Positions 46,367 to 49,044 of a stretch of 49,044 nucleotides of DNA are shown here, one piece after another. Below the pieces are notes generated by a model. That model made no database searches and was not told the origin of the DNA. It saw only the letters and a list, made by a program, of their open reading frames with translations. Numbering within the stretch: position 1 is the stretch's first letter; every line of letters begins with the position of its first letter. A program made the position numbers and the translations under genes. Location: positions 1-49,044 of the forward strand of contig CAXQKF010000339.1 of NCBI GenBank assembly GCA_964224285.1. Reading direction: 5' to 3'. The stretch is from Donghicola sp. (GTDB lineage Bacteria > Pseudomonadota > Alphaproteobacteria > Rhodobacterales > Rhodobacteraceae).

Positions 46367-46604
46367 AAATACCCGCCGGAATTACATCATAAATGATGTG
46401 TTATTCGATGGTCGGATTGACGCACCCCCACCCGATCGCCCATGGTCCGGCCATCGGCGAGGCTGCTAGCCATCGCCTGTCTGGGAGGACAATCGTTTTT
46501 GCGAAGACCCTGCCGCAGCCTGCAAAGGTCCGGCCGGAGATCCAGCCCGCACCCCGTGTGCGGGAACGATATTGTCTTGCCTGACGAAAGGAGGTCCGCA
46601 CGTC

Positions 46605-46661
46605 ATGATTGAGTGGCGTGAGGTTGCGGCAGGGCTAACGGCTTTGTCTCCGGCATTGTGA
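46605..46661 (+). CDS. Putative 18-aa leader peptide (MIEWREVAAGLTALSPAL)
   Basis: Strong SD AAGGAGG at 46588-46594, ATG 46605, TGA 46659-46661, ending 37 nt before the SBP start. Confidence 0.35.
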   Translation: MIEWREVAAGLTALSPAL

Positions 46662-46698
46662 AACGTTGGTCCGCCGGAGCCAGCAAGGGAGGAAAGAC

Positions 46699-47637
46699 AT
46701 GAAAAAGACACTTCTGGCCGCTGGCCTGAGCACTCTGATGGCGACCACCGCCAGCGCCGAAACCATCGGCGTATCGATGGCACTGTTCGACGACAACTTC
46801 CTGACCGTTCTGCGCAACGGCATGATCGAAATGGCCGACGGCATGGACAACGTCGACATTCAGGTCGAGGACGCGCAGAACGACGTGGCCAAGCAGCTTG
46901 ACCAGATCAACAACTTCATCGCTTCGGGCGTGGATGCTGTGATCGTGAACCCCGTGGACACTTCGGCCACGCAGGCGATGACCGCCGCTGCGGAATCCGC
47001 CGGTGTGCCGCTGGTCTATGTGAACCGCCAGCCCATCAACGTGGACAGCCTGCCCGACAACCAGGCGTTTGTGGCCTCGAACGAGATCGAGTCCGGCACG
47101 CTGGAAACCTTTGAAATCTGTAAGAACCTGCGCGCAGCGGGCAAGGGCGGCGGCGCACGCGCCTATGTCCTGATGGGCGAACTGTCGAACCAGGCCGCCG
47201 TTCAGCGTACCAAGGACGTCGAGGACATTCTGGGCACCGACATGTGCAACTTCATCGAAGTTGTGGACCAGCAGACCGCCAACTGGTCGCGCGATGAGGC
47301 ACAGGATCTGATGACCAACTGGCTGTCGGCGGGCGAGCCCTTTGACGCTGTCATCGCCAACAACGACGAAATGGCCATCGGTGCCATTCAGGCGATGAAA
47401 GCGGCAGGCATCGATATGGCATCGGTCGAAGTGGGCGGCGTTGACGCGACCGCAGACGCGCTGGCAGCTATGGCCGCCGGTGATCTGGACGTGACTGTCT
47501 TCCAGAACGCAGCCGGTCAGGGCGCAGGCGCGCTGGACGCGGCGCTGAAGCTGGCGGCAGGCGAAGCGGTGGACCAGAAGGTCTACATCCCCTTCGAGCT
47601 GGTCACTCCTGCGAACCTCGCGAACTACGCCAAGTAA
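46699..47637 (+). CDS. Sugar ABC substrate-binding protein, inositol/rhizopine-binding (MocB/IbpA-like)
   Basis: Signal peptide; IGVSMALFDDNFLT, EDAQNDVAKQ, PLVYVNR, ANWSR, ANNDEMAIGA, VFQNA. Confidence 0.9.
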   Translation: MKKTLLAAGLSTLMATTASAETIGVSMALFDDNFLTVLRNGMIEMADGMDNVDIQVEDAQNDVAKQLDQINNFIASGVDAVIVNPVDTSATQAMTAAAESAGVPLVYVNRQPINVDSLPDNQAFVASNEIESGTLETFEICKNLRAAGKGGGARAYVLMGELSNQAAVQRTKDVEDILGTDMCNFIEVVDQQTANWSRDEAQDLMTNWLSAGEPFDAVIANNDEMAIGAIQAMKAAGIDMASVEVGGVDATADALAAMAAGDLDVTVFQNAAGQGAGALDAALKLAAGEAVDQKVYIPFELVTPANLANYAK

Positions 47638-47641
47638 TCAA

Positions 47642-47707
47642 GAACGGGGAGCCTTCGGGCATCCCCGAGACAAAAGGCAAAGCGGCGGAACAGGCGCCGC
47701 TTTGCCC
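47642..47707 (+). other. Two intercistronic hairpins after the SBP (mRNA stabiliser/attenuator)
   Basis: CGGGGAGCC-TTCG-GGCATCCCCG and GGCAAAGCGGCG...CGCCGCTTTGCC. Confidence 0.55.
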
Positions 47708-47748
47708 CTGCGCGGGACGCACCGCGCAGCATTATCTGGGAGCAAGAC

Positions 47749-48822
47749 ATGTCGCAAAGTTCGCATGGCATCGGGGGTCTGACCTTTGATGAAAAGAAGA
47801 AAGCGCGGGCGCCGGAGTGGAACGTATTCTTCGCGCTGGTGTTGATTGTTGCAATTTTTGAAGGACTTGGCGCTGCACTGATGGGGCAGAGCCTGCTGTT
47901 CGATACCGCCGACCGGTTTGACAGCATTTTTAACGAAGCGCGTCTGAAAATCATCATCCTGCAAGTTGCGATCATCGGCATCATTGCTCTGGGGTCGACA
48001 CAGGTGATTATCCTTGGCGGGATCGACCTGTCACCGGGCTCGATCGTGGGCGTCACTGCCATGATCGCCATGTCTTTCGCTCAGGTCGCTGAAATCAGCG
48101 CCGGTGTGGCGAACCCGAAACTGATGTGGGCAGGGATTGCCGATCTGCCGGTGATCGTGCCGATTGTGATTGGTCTGGCCGTGGGTATCGCGGCGGGCGC
48201 CATTAACGGCCTCTTGATCGCCTACACCCGCATTCCGCCCTTTATCGCCACCCTAGGCATGATGGTTTTCGCCCGCGGCGCTGCAAAGTGGTGGTCCAAG
48301 GGTCAGCCGATCTCTTTCCCGACTGACAGCTATGCCGCCCTTGGCGCGGGCATGATGCCGGTCTTCATCTTCATCGCCCTTGCGATCCTGTTCCACCTGA
48401 TCCTCAAATACACCGTCTACGGCAAGCACACCTACGCGATTGGCTCGAACGAGCAAGCCAGCCGCATGTCGGGCATCAAGGTCGAACACCACAAAGTGCT
48501 GGTCTACACCATCGCAGGCGCACTGGCCGCTCTGGCTGCAATCGTCCTGTCGTCCAAGAACCTGACCGCTCAGGCCGGTATGGGCGTGATGTACGAACTG
48601 GACGCCATCGCCATGACCGTGATCGGGGGCGTGTCCCTGTCCGGTGGCCGAGGCTCGATCCTTGGGACTGTGCTGGGGTCGCTGATCTTCGGGGTGATTA
48701 TCTCTGGTTTCACCTTCCTCAAGCTGGATGCCTACTATCAGGAAATGGTCAAAGGCATCATCATCGTCGGCGCTGTGGTCCTTGACCAGTATCGCCAGAA
48801 ACGCAACGCGAGCCGGATGTAA
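47749..48822 (+). CDS. Sugar ABC permease (inositol type)
   Basis: GGIDLSPGS, IPPFIATLG, YAIGSNEQASRMSGI, YELDAIA, IGGVSLSGGRG. Confidence 0.92.
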   Translation: MSQSSHGIGGLTFDEKKKARAPEWNVFFALVLIVAIFEGLGAALMGQSLLFDTADRFDSIFNEARLKIIILQVAIIGIIALGSTQVIILGGIDLSPGSIVGVTAMIAMSFAQVAEISAGVANPKLMWAGIADLPVIVPIVIGLAVGIAAGAINGLLIAYTRIPPFIATLGMMVFARGAAKWWSKGQPISFPTDSYAALGAGMMPVFIFIALAILFHLILKYTVYGKHTYAIGSNEQASRMSGIKVEHHKVLVYTIAGALAALAAIVLSSKNLTAQAGMGVMYELDAIAMTVIGGVSLSGGRGSILGTVLGSLIFGVIISGFTFLKLDAYYQEMVKGIIIVGAVVLDQYRQKRNASRM

Positions 48823-48831
48823 GGGACTGAT

Positions 48832-49044
48832 ATGCTTGACTATACCAATGCGGAAGTCGTCCTTGAGACGCGCGATCTGACCAAGCACTACGGCGGCGTT
48901 CATGCGCTGGAAGGGGCGAACTTCAAGATCCACAAGGGCGAGCACGTGGCCATCATGGGCGACAACGGGGCGGGCAAATCCACCTTCGTGCGCCAGATCA
49001 CAGCGGTGGAACAGCGCACCCGTGGCGACATCATCCTGAATGGT
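48832..49044 (+). CDS. Sugar ABC ATP-binding protein (truncated by the window end; absent from the ORF track)
   Basis: Hand translation: MLDYTNAEVVLETRDLTKHYGGVHALEG...HVAIMGDNGAGKSTFVRQI (Walker A). Confidence 0.88.
   Translation, partial: MLDYTNAEVVLETRDLTKHYGGVHALEGANFKIHKGEHVAIMGDNGAGKSTFVRQITAVEQRTRGDIILNG

Overview
GC-rich alphaproteobacterial (Rhodobacteraceae-like) accessory region, plausibly on a plasmid, chromid or island. I see no rRNA, tRNA, CRISPR array, transposase or integrase. In order: (1) a hydroxamate-siderophore uptake locus (araC, TonB receptor, fhuD, fhuB, fhuC; divergent siderophore-interacting protein) with two IscR/Iron-Rhodo-type boxes; (2) an unannotated two-hairpin CCUCCUCCC ('cuckoo'/CcsR-like) sRNA, a recombinase-like site and an AT-rich orphan membrane gene; (3) a translationally coupled operon of a DMSP-lyase-family cupin, a Ser/Thr-type proline-racemase-family dehydratase and a divergent ProC-like reductase; (4) a WGR protein, hipBA with three 27-bp-phased operators, and a Tat-exported MBL hydrolase; (5) a ~16 kb catabolic island with all six families of the Pseudomonas itaconate/methylsuccinate cluster (Ict, Ccl, MmgE/PrpD, Ich, glyoxalase, acyl-CoA dehydrogenase) plus LysR. 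The island also carries a periplasmic cyclase-family hydrolase, Zn-ADH, ALDH and a Liv-type ABC importer, and four of its promoter regions share a TAT(T/A)G-N6-CCTAT motif. This is the best candidate for a new pathway (a lactone/hydroxy-acid funnel into C5-dicarboxylate catabolism); (6) assorted regulator/enzyme/transporter genes and an OafA-type O-acetyltransferase; (7) an inositol-type catabolic/ABC locus with tandem LacI regulators and a long structured leader containing a uORF. All family calls come from motif recognition by eye; no database search was run.
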